A DNA stretch of 24,000 nt, taken from contig JARGOK010000001.1 in NCBI GenBank assembly GCA_029233985.1, positions 409,096 through 433,095 of the forward strand, written 5' to 3'. Both the position numbers and the translations under genes were made by a program. Of this stretch, positions 1-8,628 are shown piece after piece (positions within the stretch are counted from its first letter, which is position 1; every line of letters begins with the position of its first letter). Below the pieces are notes generated by a model that saw only the letters and a list, made by a program, of their open reading frames with translations, ran no database searches and was not told the origin of the DNA. Origin of the DNA: Candidatus Altimarinota bacterium (GTDB lineage: Bacteria; Patescibacteriota; Gracilibacteria; JAUYGZ01).

Positions 1-1
1 G

Positions 2-148
2 TTGGGAGCCATGATAGATGCTTTTGATTCAACTTCAGATGGAAAAAAACTGAAGGACTTGATAATGAATCGACACAAAAAATCTGAGCAAGTGAATCAG
101 ACCGAGGTCAGTAAACAAGATGAGGAGGTGAAACCAGCTTCGATGTAG
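2..148 (+). CDS. 3' end of an unidentified upstream gene (partial, runs off the window start)
   Basis: Frame 2 is open from the window edge to TAG at 146-148 (49 codons, ...GKKLKDLIMNRHKKSEQVNQTEVSKQDEEVKPASM*). No recognisable domain. Confidence 0.3.
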   Translation: MGAMIDAFDSTSDGKKLKDLIMNRHKKSEQVNQTEVSKQDEEVKPASM

Positions 149-202
149 ACGTTCAATTCATAACACTTCAACGGGTGGCAAATAGGGATATGAAGAAGAG
201 GA

Positions 203-211
203 TGCTATAAT
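203..211 (+). promoter_or_regulatory. Extended -10 promoter (TGcTATAAT) for the MFS gene
   Basis: TGCTATAAT at 203-211 is a perfect TGnTATAAT, 22 nt upstream of the ATG at 233. No good -35, which is usual for extended -10 promoters. Confidence 0.45.
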
Positions 212-232
212 GGTGTCCTCTCTTTTTCATTC

Positions 233-1405
233 ATGAAGAATAATATTCCAAGATTTTATGTCTATTCTGCCTTTGTAGCTCTGAGTTTTTCTTTTGTGGC
301 GATTTTCATGGTCTTTATGAAATCACGAGGGCTGAGCTATACAGAGATAGGGATCATAACTGCCTGGTACTACTCGCTCTTTCTCCTCATTGAAATTCCT
401 ACAGGTATGCTGGCTGACAAGATTGGGAGGAAAAACACTCTCATGATGGGGATGATTTTTATGATCATCGGAATTCTAACAGCATTGAATTCTTATTCAT
501 TCCTAGGGTTTTTTCTTTCAGAAACCATCTTTAGCTTTGCGCGCTCTTTTCAATCTGGCACTGATAGTGCCTTTGTTTACGATCACCTTGCTGTCATGGA
601 ACAGTCTGATGACTATCTTCATATCGAAGGGAAAATTCAAACGGTAGGTTTTTCTGCTCATGTCTTTGGAGGGTTGTTGGGCGCGATGATTGCCTGGTAT
701 AGCCTTCCAGCTGTTTATGCTTTTTCAGCTCTTATGGCTTTGTTGGGACTGATGTCTACACTTCACCTCAAAGAACCACAGATCGTGGACAAACAACACA
801 TGAAACTTGAGACTTTTCGTCGACATTTTATTGATTCACTCCGAGTGATCAATGGGAATCCCCAACTCCTGTGGTTACTATTCTACTCCAGTCTGATCTT
901 TATTCTCCTCCGCACTGGCATCATTAGTTTCATTCAGCCATTTTTGATGTTTTTGGAATTTCCCGACTATGGTTTCAGTTTTTTTGATGCTGTAATGGTT
1001 TCTGGAGCAGCACTTCTCTCTTGGCATGTTCTATACTTTGAAAAAAAACTGGGGAGTAAAGGGGTGTTTTACGTCCTCCCCCTCGCCATTATTATCGGTC
1101 TTGCTGGCATGGGTTTAACCATGAGTATCTGGGGATTGCTGTTCTACTCTCTTACTATGATCAGCTGGTCTTTTCACGCCCCCGTATTCCGAAGCTATCT
1201 CAATGAGCATATTCATGACAGTGGAAAAAGAGCCACGATACTTTCAGTGGAAGGTTTTATCTCTCGAGGACTATTTGCTCTTGTTTCTTTAGCTCTTGGC
1301 TGGGGGTTGGATAATCTTGGCTTGTCAAACTCACTGCTGATCATGTCTGGATGCAGTCTCCTCTGCATGATGATATTATTATACCTCAAACCCAAGCAAT
1401 GCTAG
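233..1405 (+). CDS. MFS-type membrane transporter, substrate unknown
   Basis: 390-aa ORF with many hydrophobic spans. It has an MFS motif-A-like GMLADKIGRKN after the second span. Ends on TAG. Confidence 0.8.
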   Translation: MKNNIPRFYVYSAFVALSFSFVAIFMVFMKSRGLSYTEIGIITAWYYSLFLLIEIPTGMLADKIGRKNTLMMGMIFMIIGILTALNSYSFLGFFLSETIFSFARSFQSGTDSAFVYDHLAVMEQSDDYLHIEGKIQTVGFSAHVFGGLLGAMIAWYSLPAVYAFSALMALLGLMSTLHLKEPQIVDKQHMKLETFRRHFIDSLRVINGNPQLLWLLFYSSLIFILLRTGIISFIQPFLMFLEFPDYGFSFFDAVMVSGAALLSWHVLYFEKKLGSKGVFYVLPLAIIIGLAGMGLTMSIWGLLFYSLTMISWSFHAPVFRSYLNEHIHDSGKRATILSVEGFISRGLFALVSLALGWGLDNLGLSNSLLIMSGCSLLCMMILLYLKPKQC

Positions 1406-2280
1406 AGGACTGACTCCAAATCTTCCTTCATTTTTACAACCGCTTCTCGTGCTGCATCTCCATATTGTTCTGAGGTATGTGCTGATGATTTTTCGTAAGC
1501 GAAGATGATACCTCGTGAACTATTGACGATAGCTCCGAACCCATCTTTATTGAAGCAAGGTTTTACATCTGCCGCACCTCCACCTTGTGCTCCATAACCT
1601 GGAACCAGAAAGATCGAGTTTGGCATGAGTTTTCGAAGCTGCTTGGCTTGATCGGGGTAAGTTGCTCCAACGACAGCACCAATTGAAGTGTATCCCTCTT
1701 TTCCAATAAGGTCCGCTCCCCAAGTGTCGATGAGTTGCCCCATGAGTTCGTAGAGATTGAGATCTTTCTCGATGACTTTTTGGTCCTGAATATCACCTGA
1801 GCTTGGGTTGGAAGTTTTGCAAAGAATGAAGAGTCCTTTTCCATTTTTATCACACTTGTCGACAAATGGTTTAATCCCGTCGAGCCCCAGGTATGGGGTG
1901 ACGGTGAGAGCATCAGAGACGAAGTCCCCTTCTGTATCAAGGTAAGCGTTCGCATAAGCTTCTGCAGTAGATCCAATGTCATTTCTCTTTGCATCGAGGA
2001 GAACCATAAGCCCCTTGTCTTGGGCGTACTGAATTGTTCGCGAAAGCGCTGCTAATCCATCAAGTCCGAGCATTTCATAGAAAGCAACTTGAGGCTTTAC
2101 AATAGGAACGATGTCATGAACCGCATCGATAATCCCTTTATTAAATTCGAAAAACGCAGCGCCTGGTGTTGGAGCGTCTTGCTGGATATGCATAGGAATT
2201 TGTTCGTAGCGTGGATCAAGTCCAACACAGATTGGAGAAGTGGTTTTTATTTTTTTAATGAGTTCGTCAGCGAAGTGCAT
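1402..2280 (-). CDS. pyrF: Orotidine 5'-phosphate decarboxylase (long, type 2 form)
   Basis: 292 aa with ICVGLDPR near the N-terminus and LLDAKRNDIGSTAEAY, which carries the catalytic Lys/Asp motif. Length is typical of type 2 PyrF. Last gene of the pyr run. Confidence 0.9.
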   Translation of the reverse strand: MHFADELIKKIKTTSPICVGLDPRYEQIPMHIQQDAPTPGAAFFEFNKGIIDAVHDIVPIVKPQVAFYEMLGLDGLAALSRTIQYAQDKGLMVLLDAKRNDIGSTAEAYANAYLDTEGDFVSDALTVTPYLGLDGIKPFVDKCDKNGKGLFILCKTSNPSSGDIQDQKVIEKDLNLYELMGQLIDTWGADLIGKEGYTSIGAVVGATYPDQAKQLRKLMPNSIFLVPGYGAQGGGAADVKPCFNKDGFGAIVNSSRGIIFAYEKSSAHTSEQYGDAAREAVVKMKEDLESVL

Positions 2281-2383
2281 AGGAAATATCTGTGAGAAAA
2301 TTACAATATAATGCGTTTATAGAAGTTGTGTGTTGGCCCCCTTTTTCCTCCAGAGGCAGATAGGCTAGAGATCTGGATTGTGT

Positions 2384-3187
2384 TTACCATTCATGCTTCT
2401 TTCCAAGGGCGTCACGATGATACTTTCCAAACTCATCTACCTTTCGAATATACTCGAGAGAGACAACGGGACCTTTTGTACAACTCGTATCCCCTGTTGG
2501 GTCTACAACACACTGCCCGCAAAGTCCAAATCCACATTTCATATATCGTTCGAGAGATATTTGAGCATCGATCTTATGCTTCTCTGCGAGGTTGGCAACG
2601 GCTGCCATCATGACTTCTGGTCCACAAGTCATAATGGTGTCGTATTTTTTTCCTTCCTCGACAAGTTTCTCGAGGATCTGAACATTGTATCCTTTATGTC
2701 CAACAGAACCATCGTCTGTAGAAACATGTAGTGTTGCTCCTTTGAGTTTTTCAACTCGTTCTCTATATATCAATAAGTCTTCTCTCCGAGCTCCTATAAT
2801 GAAATCAATTTCACAACCTGCTTCGACAGCATGTAGTGCTGTGAAGTGAAGTGGGGCTGATCCGAACCCTCCCCCCACCATGGCAATTTTTTGATTTGGC
2901 TGAAACCAGAACCCCTTTCCATATGGTCCTCTTAGTCCTGCTTTATCACCAACTTCGAGCTGAGTTGCTTCGTGAGAAAAAGGACCAACGTCTGCAATTG
3001 TGAGATGAAGTTCTTTTCCATCAGCGTATGCGACTGAGAATGGTTTTTCATCGAGTCTTGGTATCCACATATTAACAAATTGTCCAGGGACAACCTCGTA
3101 ATCGCAGTCGAAGACGAGTGTCCTCATCGTAGGATTTTCTTGAATTACTTTCGTGATCGTATGCATTTGTGGGACATCGTTTTTCAT
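2384..3187 (-). CDS. pyrK: Dihydroorotate dehydrogenase electron-transfer subunit (FAD/2Fe-2S)
   Basis: 267 aa, ferredoxin-reductase-like. C-terminal Cys cluster CGFGLCGQCVV...SC fits the PyrK 2Fe-2S ligand pattern. Adjacent to pyrD. Confidence 0.9.
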   Translation of the reverse strand: MKNDVPQMHTITKVIQENPTMRTLVFDCDYEVVPGQFVNMWIPRLDEKPFSVAYADGKELHLTIADVGPFSHEATQLEVGDKAGLRGPYGKGFWFQPNQKIAMVGGGFGSAPLHFTALHAVEAGCEIDFIIGARREDLLIYRERVEKLKGATLHVSTDDGSVGHKGYNVQILEKLVEEGKKYDTIMTCGPEVMMAAVANLAEKHKIDAQISLERYMKCGFGLCGQCVVDPTGDTSCTKGPVVSLEYIRKVDEFGKYHRDALGKKHEW

Positions 3188-3212
3188 AATAGTTTTTTAT
3201 ATATGAGGTGAT

Positions 3213-3281
3213 GGTGCCATGTCTCCGTACTGGAACCGTGGATTGGTGTTGGGCTCCAGTGCTAAGACGTGGAGCCAATAG
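3213..3281 (-). repeat. Family B conserved hairpin element, copy B1 (intercistronic, pyrD-pyrK spacer)
   Basis: Plus strand has GGTGCCA-TGTCTCCGTAC-TGGAACC (3213-3237), then ATTGG (3242-3246), then a second hairpin GGCTCCA-N11-TGGAGCC (3252-3276), and ends in CCAATAG (3275-3281). It aligns with 16715-16790. It lies inside a minus-strand operon, so it is presumably transcribed on the minus strand. Confidence 0.7.
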
Positions 3282-3286
3282 AAAAA

Positions 3287-4222
3287 TTATTTTTCATTTT
3301 TTAGTACTTCGTGAGTCTTTCCGATAATTTCATTGAAAGACTGTACTCCATTTGCTTCACACCACTCAACCATTTCATCGAGAACAATTTTAAAGGCGTC
3401 TTCTCCTCGATAGTAGAGTGCTGACCCTATCCCAACGAGCGTTGCTCCAGCCATCATCATTTCAATGGCATCTCTTCCTGAAGTCATTCCTCCCATCCCA
3501 ATTATTGGGGCATCTACACAGTCGTAGATATCGAAGACTTTCTTCACCGCCAAAGGCCTGATACCGGGTCCTGATACTCCACCGAACTTATTAGCAAGGA
3601 CTGGTTGAGCCGTATCGATATCGATAACGAGTCCCGGTCCATAAGTATTAATAGCGGTAATACCATCTGCTCCGGCTTCGACAACTGCTTTGGCAACTGC
3701 CTGAATATCTTCAACATTTGGAGAGAGCTTTATAATCAGCGGAACGTCTGTTACAGATTTCAATCTCTTCGTCAGATCCGCAGCTCTTGGACAGTCTGTA
3801 GCAAAAGGTTTTCCATGCTCGTCTTCTACATTTGGACAAGACATATTTACCTCAATCAATTGAGGCTTCAGTTCGTTGATGGCTTCTGTAATAGCTACGA
3901 AATCATCAGCCTTCCCTCCTATGATATTCACAATAAGTGGCGAACCATTGTCTCTCTTTCGATACTCTTCAATTTCAACTTTTGCTTTTTCTATTCCAGC
4001 ATCTGGAATTCCTACAGCGTTGACCATGTAGTCGTCGTTGCAAATAATGACAGGGTTTGCATGACCCTTGTGTTCCTTTAGCCAGATAGATTTGGTCGTA
4101 ATTCCTCCGGCTCCTCTCTTCGCAACATTATCCCAAGTCGATGCAGTCACTCCAAGATACCCTGAGCAAAGTACGAGGGGGTTTGGGAAGCTGACGCCGA
4201 GATAGTTGACTGATGTATCCAT
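3287..4222 (-). CDS. pyrD: Dihydroorotate dehydrogenase catalytic subunit (class 1B)
   Basis: 311 aa with the class 1 active-site Cys motif NMSCPN and the flavin-binding GGVSG and GMGG motifs. It is paired with pyrK. Confidence 0.92.
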   Translation of the reverse strand: MDTSVNYLGVSFPNPLVLCSGYLGVTASTWDNVAKRGAGGITTKSIWLKEHKGHANPVIICNDDYMVNAVGIPDAGIEKAKVEIEEYRKRDNGSPLIVNIIGGKADDFVAITEAINELKPQLIEVNMSCPNVEDEHGKPFATDCPRAADLTKRLKSVTDVPLIIKLSPNVEDIQAVAKAVVEAGADGITAINTYGPGLVIDIDTAQPVLANKFGGVSGPGIRPLAVKKVFDIYDCVDAPIIGMGGMTSGRDAIEMMMAGATLVGIGSALYYRGEDAFKIVLDEMVEWCEANGVQSFNEIIGKTHEVLKNEK

Positions 4223-4245
4223 AAATAATTTACAATTTTTAATGC

Positions 4246-5250
4246 TTAATTTTTAATGACCGACCAGGTCAGCTTTTCTAGAGCTTTAAGAGGGACGACT
4301 CCGAAGTAGTCTGAAGGGACGCTCCACTCTTCTTTTTTCAAGCTCATCGTATCAGAATTTTTTTCCAATTCGTAGAAATTTGCTCCAAAGACGGAAGTGA
4401 AGTTTTCGAGGTGATCCAGCTTGCCGTTCTCTTCAAAGAGTTGAGCGAGAAGTGGAAGCGCTACTGGTGTTGTGTAGACACCTGGCTTTGGATGATCCCC
4501 TTCTTTGTTTTCTTTCAAGTGTGGTGCGCTGTCGGTTCCGAGGAAAAACTTTGGGTTTCCAGAGAGAACTGTTTCGACGAGTGCTTTTCGATCAGATTCT
4601 GACTTACATATAGGTGCACAGAAATTATGAGGATGAAATTCTCCGTTACGCACATCAGAGGTGGTCAGCAGCAAGTGATGAACCGTGATGGTTGCTGCAA
4701 CTTTATCACCCAGGGACTGAACCATTTCGACGGCAGCCTTGGTCGAGGTATGCTCGAGGATAATACGAAGTCGTGGAAAGTTTTCGTGAATCTTTTTTAA
4801 TTGTGGAAGGAAGGCATGCTCTCTTTCTAAATCTTCGACCCCTGGGACTTCTCCGTGAAGGCAGAGAATCAAGTCCTGCTCCTGCATGGCTTCAAAGACT
4901 TCGTAGGAGCTTTCGATGTTGGCGACACCGTCTTCGGAATGGGTGGTGACCCCGACTGGGTAAAATTTTCCTGCGACGGCACCTGCTTCTTTGAGCGCTG
5001 TCATCGAACTCGGATCGAGATTTGGCATGATCTTGAAGGTCATGAGGAAGTCGAGGTCTGTGCCGACGTCTTGCAGTTCTTTTTTGTAAGCTCTTACATC
5101 GTCTGGTGTGACGACCGGAGGGATCGTGTTGGGCATGACCAAGACTCGTCCAAAACTCTTAGAGGTTTCTCTGACGAGATCCTTCATTAAATCTCCCTGA
5201 CGCAAATGTGTATGAAAGTCGTCAGGTCGGATGATGGTAAGTTCTTGCAT
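4246..5250 (-). CDS. pyrC: Dihydroorotase (E. coli-like class II)
   Basis: 334 aa. The N-terminal IRPDDFHTHLRQGD closely parallels E. coli PyrC (RRPDDWHLHLRDGD). VMPN and GTDSAPH motifs are present. Confidence 0.9.
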   Translation of the reverse strand: MQELTIIRPDDFHTHLRQGDLMKDLVRETSKSFGRVLVMPNTIPPVVTPDDVRAYKKELQDVGTDLDFLMTFKIMPNLDPSSMTALKEAGAVAGKFYPVGVTTHSEDGVANIESSYEVFEAMQEQDLILCLHGEVPGVEDLEREHAFLPQLKKIHENFPRLRIILEHTSTKAAVEMVQSLGDKVAATITVHHLLLTTSDVRNGEFHPHNFCAPICKSESDRKALVETVLSGNPKFFLGTDSAPHLKENKEGDHPKPGVYTTPVALPLLAQLFEENGKLDHLENFTSVFGANFYELEKNSDTMSLKKEEWSVPSDYFGVVPLKALEKLTWSVIKN

Positions 5251-5310
5251 AATATGTGTGTATTAGTTCTTCAGTAGTATACGGAAAAAAACTGACAAAA
5301 TGTACCTTTT

Positions 5311-5946
5311 TTATGCAGAGAAATTATCCCACCAAGTAGAAGGGTCTTGTGCGAACTGTTGAACAAGTGAAACTTGGTCTTCTTGAAGGTATCCTTTATC
5401 TTTTACTTCTGTGAGTATTTCTGTGAAATTTGTCAAAGCAGTCAAATTAATCTCTGCTTCGGACATCGCATCTGTAGCTTTTAGCATTTCATATGTAACA
5501 ATGGCAATAATATCTTCAACCGTACCCTGTCCTTCATTTCGAAGTGCATCTGCTGCCTTAATAGAACTCCCTCCTGTAGAGATCAAATCCTCGACGAGCA
5601 CAATTTTCTTGCCTGGCTCGAGATGACCTTCTATTTGCTTCCCAGCTCCGTGATCTTTTGGCTTTGGCCGCACATAAACCATTGGAAGTTTCATTTCGTG
5701 TGCCACAAAAGCTGCCCAAGGAATCCCAGCTGTTGCTGTTCCGGCAATAACCTCAGGATTCATTGGTCGGATCAGTGTGATCATCTCTCTAACAATAGTC
5801 TCTCGTATTGCAGGAAAGGCTATCAACTTACGATTATCACAATAGATTGGAGACTTGATACCTGATGCCCATGTGAAAGGTGGATCGACAGAGATCTTTA
5901 CTGCTTGAGTTTCGAGAAGGCCCTGAGCAATACTGGAAGAATTCAT
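5311..5946 (-). CDS. pyrE: Orotate phosphoribosyltransferase
   Basis: 211 aa with PRPP-binding loop KIVLVEDLISTGGS. Lies in the pyr gene run. Confidence 0.9.
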   Translation of the reverse strand: MNSSSIAQGLLETQAVKISVDPPFTWASGIKSPIYCDNRKLIAFPAIRETIVREMITLIRPMNPEVIAGTATAGIPWAAFVAHEMKLPMVYVRPKPKDHGAGKQIEGHLEPGKKIVLVEDLISTGGSSIKAADALRNEGQGTVEDIIAIVTYEMLKATDAMSEAEINLTALTNFTEILTEVKDKGYLQEDQVSLVQQFAQDPSTWWDNFSA

Positions 5947-6031
5947 AAATATTGATTAGTGTTCGATAAAAGATTATCAGATTTATTCGTATTCACCAAT
6001 CTCTCAGAATATTTTTTTATGATACCTTACT

Positions 6032-8458
6032 TCATTTTTCAGCTACCACCATCTTGATCTCCCCATACGAAATCTTCTCCGAAACGGCTTTTTTGATAGG
6101 TGTGAGAGAAGATGTTCCGATTCGTTGAATTGCTGATAAGATTTCAGCTCTCTTTTCTGAACTTACATACTTTGAACTGTCTAATATTTTCCCAGCCCCG
6201 ATTAGCGCAGCGACATGACTTTCAACAGTACTCGTTTGGATATCTCTTTCTTTTGCGATCTCAGTCAGTGACCTTCCTTTAGAGAGCAGCTCGAAGGTCA
6301 CCATGTGAGTATCTCCTTTGCGAACCTTCTTCTTTGTTCGTTTGATTGGAGCTCGTGATGGTGATTGAAACTCTAAACTATTTAGCTCGCAATGAGGTTT
6401 GATGATTTTCAAGAGTTCCTCACTAAACATCTCAATTTTTTTGTCTCCCATTCCACTCATGGTATGTAGCTGGTCTTTTGTTTGAGGAAAACATTCTGAG
6501 ATCTCTCTAAGAGTACGGTCGCCAAAAATCATAAAAGGAGCAATGTCTTTTGACTGAGCCTCTTTATATCGCCATTGTCGGAGCGTATCAAAGAGCTGTT
6601 GGTCGAAGGATTCTGAGGTGTCACTTGCCTTTTCGATAAAGGAAGGCGTTTGTTTTTCTTGGACCATGATCTGTGACTGTTCTTGGAAGACTTTCTTTCC
6701 TTTTTCAGACACCTCGAGCACTGGGTATTCATCTCCGACGCGATCTAGATAGCCAGACCTAACGAGCTGCTTGATGAGTTTCATGACAGCTGACTGTGTG
6801 TAGTCTTTCATAACCCCGTAGCTAGACCAATTGTAACAATTCCACTGCTCAACTTTTTGGGATTTTGATCCCGTGAGGATAGCTGTCGAGATACCAATCC
6901 CAAACTGTCGAGGAAAACTATTAATACCATTTAATATGACATGTGCTGGATTAGTGATATCTGTCTTTGTGGTAGTGCTTTTACCGTCTTCTGATTTTTG
7001 CAAACAACTACTACAGCCGGAGCATTTTATTTCTTGATGACCAAAGTATTCTTGAATCTTATTTCTCTTACATTGCTCGGTTTCTGCATAGCTCAACATG
7101 TCTTGGAGTTTTTTTTCTGCGAGATGCTTCTTCTGTTCCATTTGTTCGACAGATATATGAACCGGTTTTCCAGAATGCTGATAGACCACTGATGAATCTT
7201 GGAAACTCCTATGAATGCCTCCTTTATCTAAAAGAAGCTTCGTTGCGCTGTCCACCTCCATTTTATTTTTAGCAAAGCTCAGAGAATGGAAATGTATTGC
7301 TGCAGGCTGTTTCTTGAGCATCAGAAGAATCTCTTGAAGGAGTTTCGGTGAAGGATTGTTTCCGTCGATAAAAAACTTCTGAAGCATGACATCCTGACTT
7401 CCATAAAAAAGAACACACTCACTTTGTTCTCCATCACGACCTGCTCTTCCTGCTTCTTGAGTATAATTTTCTAGAGAACCCGGCATATCATAATGAACCA
7501 CAAAACGAACATTGGGTTTATTAATTCCCATCCCAAAAGCATTTGTTGCGACAATGACTGAGGTCTCATCTTTCATAAAGCTTTCTTGAGCTTTCATTCT
7601 CACTTTATCGCTGAGACCAGCATGATAGGCAGCAGATGAGATTTTATTTTCCGCGAGCATTTCCTGTACTTTTTCGACATTTTTTCTAGTAGCACAGTAG
7701 ATGATTCCCGAATGATCTTTTTTTGACGCCAAGTACTGTTGAACCCAGGATATTTTTGAATCAGGCTGATAGCAGGCATAGCTGAGGTTGGGTCTATCAA
7801 AGCTCCCGATGAACTGCTGCTGGTCTTTGAAATCAAGCTGTGTGGATATATCTGTCTTCACCTTATCGGTAGCTGTCGCTGTTAGAGCGAGAAACGGAAC
7901 ATGGTGTTGAGACCGCAAATTTTTGATCTTTTTGTAGGAAGGCCTGAAATCGTGCCCCCACTGAGATACACAATGCGCTTCGTCAATCGCAATGAAGTCG
8001 ATTTTTTGTTCATTAGCTAAGGTGTGAAACAAGGACATGAAAGAATGCGTTTCTAATCTCTCAGGCGCCACATAAACTAATCGATACTTTTGAAGGTGAA
8101 TATCCTTCATTCTTTCAGAAATCTCAGCAGAGTCCAAGGAGCTATTAATACATGTTGCCTCAATTCCTAATTCATTCAACTGGTCCACTTGATCCTTCAT
8201 AAGAGAGATAAGGGGAGAAACTACAAAACTGACATTCCCAAGAACAACTGCTGGGATCTGATAACATAGAGACTTCCCTGCCCCGGTGGGCAGAACGACT
8301 AAGGTATCCTTCTTCGCATAGAGAGAAGTTAGGATCTGTTCCTGGAGTGGCCGAAAGCTTTTATATCCAAACACCGTCTGTAGTATTTCCTTGGACTGAT
8401 TCATCTTTTCTTCCATAATTCGTCGATAATCTCGTAAAATACTTCCTAACGAGCCCAT
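6032..8458 (-). CDS. recQ: RecQ-family ATP-dependent DNA helicase with a C-terminal HTH extension
   Basis: 808 aa with Walker A LPTGAGKS and the DEAH box IDEAHCVSQWGHDFR. It has a zinc-finger Cys cluster CKRN...CSGCSSC, an HRDC-like segment, and an extra C-terminal HTH-like segment (GRSLTEIAKERDIQTSTVESHV). The true start may be a downstream Met (MEEKMNQSKE...). Stops on TGA. Confidence 0.9.
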   Translation of the reverse strand: MGSLGSILRDYRRIMEEKMNQSKEILQTVFGYKSFRPLQEQILTSLYAKKDTLVVLPTGAGKSLCYQIPAVVLGNVSFVVSPLISLMKDQVDQLNELGIEATCINSSLDSAEISERMKDIHLQKYRLVYVAPERLETHSFMSLFHTLANEQKIDFIAIDEAHCVSQWGHDFRPSYKKIKNLRSQHHVPFLALTATATDKVKTDISTQLDFKDQQQFIGSFDRPNLSYACYQPDSKISWVQQYLASKKDHSGIIYCATRKNVEKVQEMLAENKISSAAYHAGLSDKVRMKAQESFMKDETSVIVATNAFGMGINKPNVRFVVHYDMPGSLENYTQEAGRAGRDGEQSECVLFYGSQDVMLQKFFIDGNNPSPKLLQEILLMLKKQPAAIHFHSLSFAKNKMEVDSATKLLLDKGGIHRSFQDSSVVYQHSGKPVHISVEQMEQKKHLAEKKLQDMLSYAETEQCKRNKIQEYFGHQEIKCSGCSSCLQKSEDGKSTTTKTDITNPAHVILNGINSFPRQFGIGISTAILTGSKSQKVEQWNCYNWSSYGVMKDYTQSAVMKLIKQLVRSGYLDRVGDEYPVLEVSEKGKKVFQEQSQIMVQEKQTPSFIEKASDTSESFDQQLFDTLRQWRYKEAQSKDIAPFMIFGDRTLREISECFPQTKDQLHTMSGMGDKKIEMFSEELLKIIKPHCELNSLEFQSPSRAPIKRTKKKVRKGDTHMVTFELLSKGRSLTEIAKERDIQTSTVESHVAALIGAGKILDSSKYVSSEKRAEILSAIQRIGTSSLTPIKKAVSEKISYGEIKMVVAEK

Positions 8459-8628
8459 TGTATGTTCAAAATTTCATATAGAGCAAGAGTGATGGATTGA
8501 CAGGCACATCAAAAAGCTGAAAAAAGAACGTCATTCCGAATAATAGCGCTTCAATCCTGTGAATCTCAAGCTTTTTCTGCTAAATATGGCTCTTTCCTGC
8601 TTATATGACAGCTTATTGGCCCACAATT

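Noticed and set aside
1563-1994. Long antisense or shadow ORFs inside well-supported genes (for example 1563-1994, 3605-4081, 4855-5190, 13391-13765, 20207-20599, 20563-20901, 22649-23035, 23299-23804)
   Set aside because: Each lies entirely within, or mostly opposite, a gene with clear family motifs. Their translations are low-complexity and motif-free, as is typical of shadow frames.
3213-3281. PyrR-binding attenuator in the pyr operon (UCCAG in the loop recalls the UCCAGAGAGG PyrR box)
   Set aside because: The loop is GUACGGAGACA rather than the PyrR consensus. There is no terminator/antiterminator pair or T-tract. No pyrR gene is in the cluster. The same element recurs upstream of an unrelated exonuclease gene.
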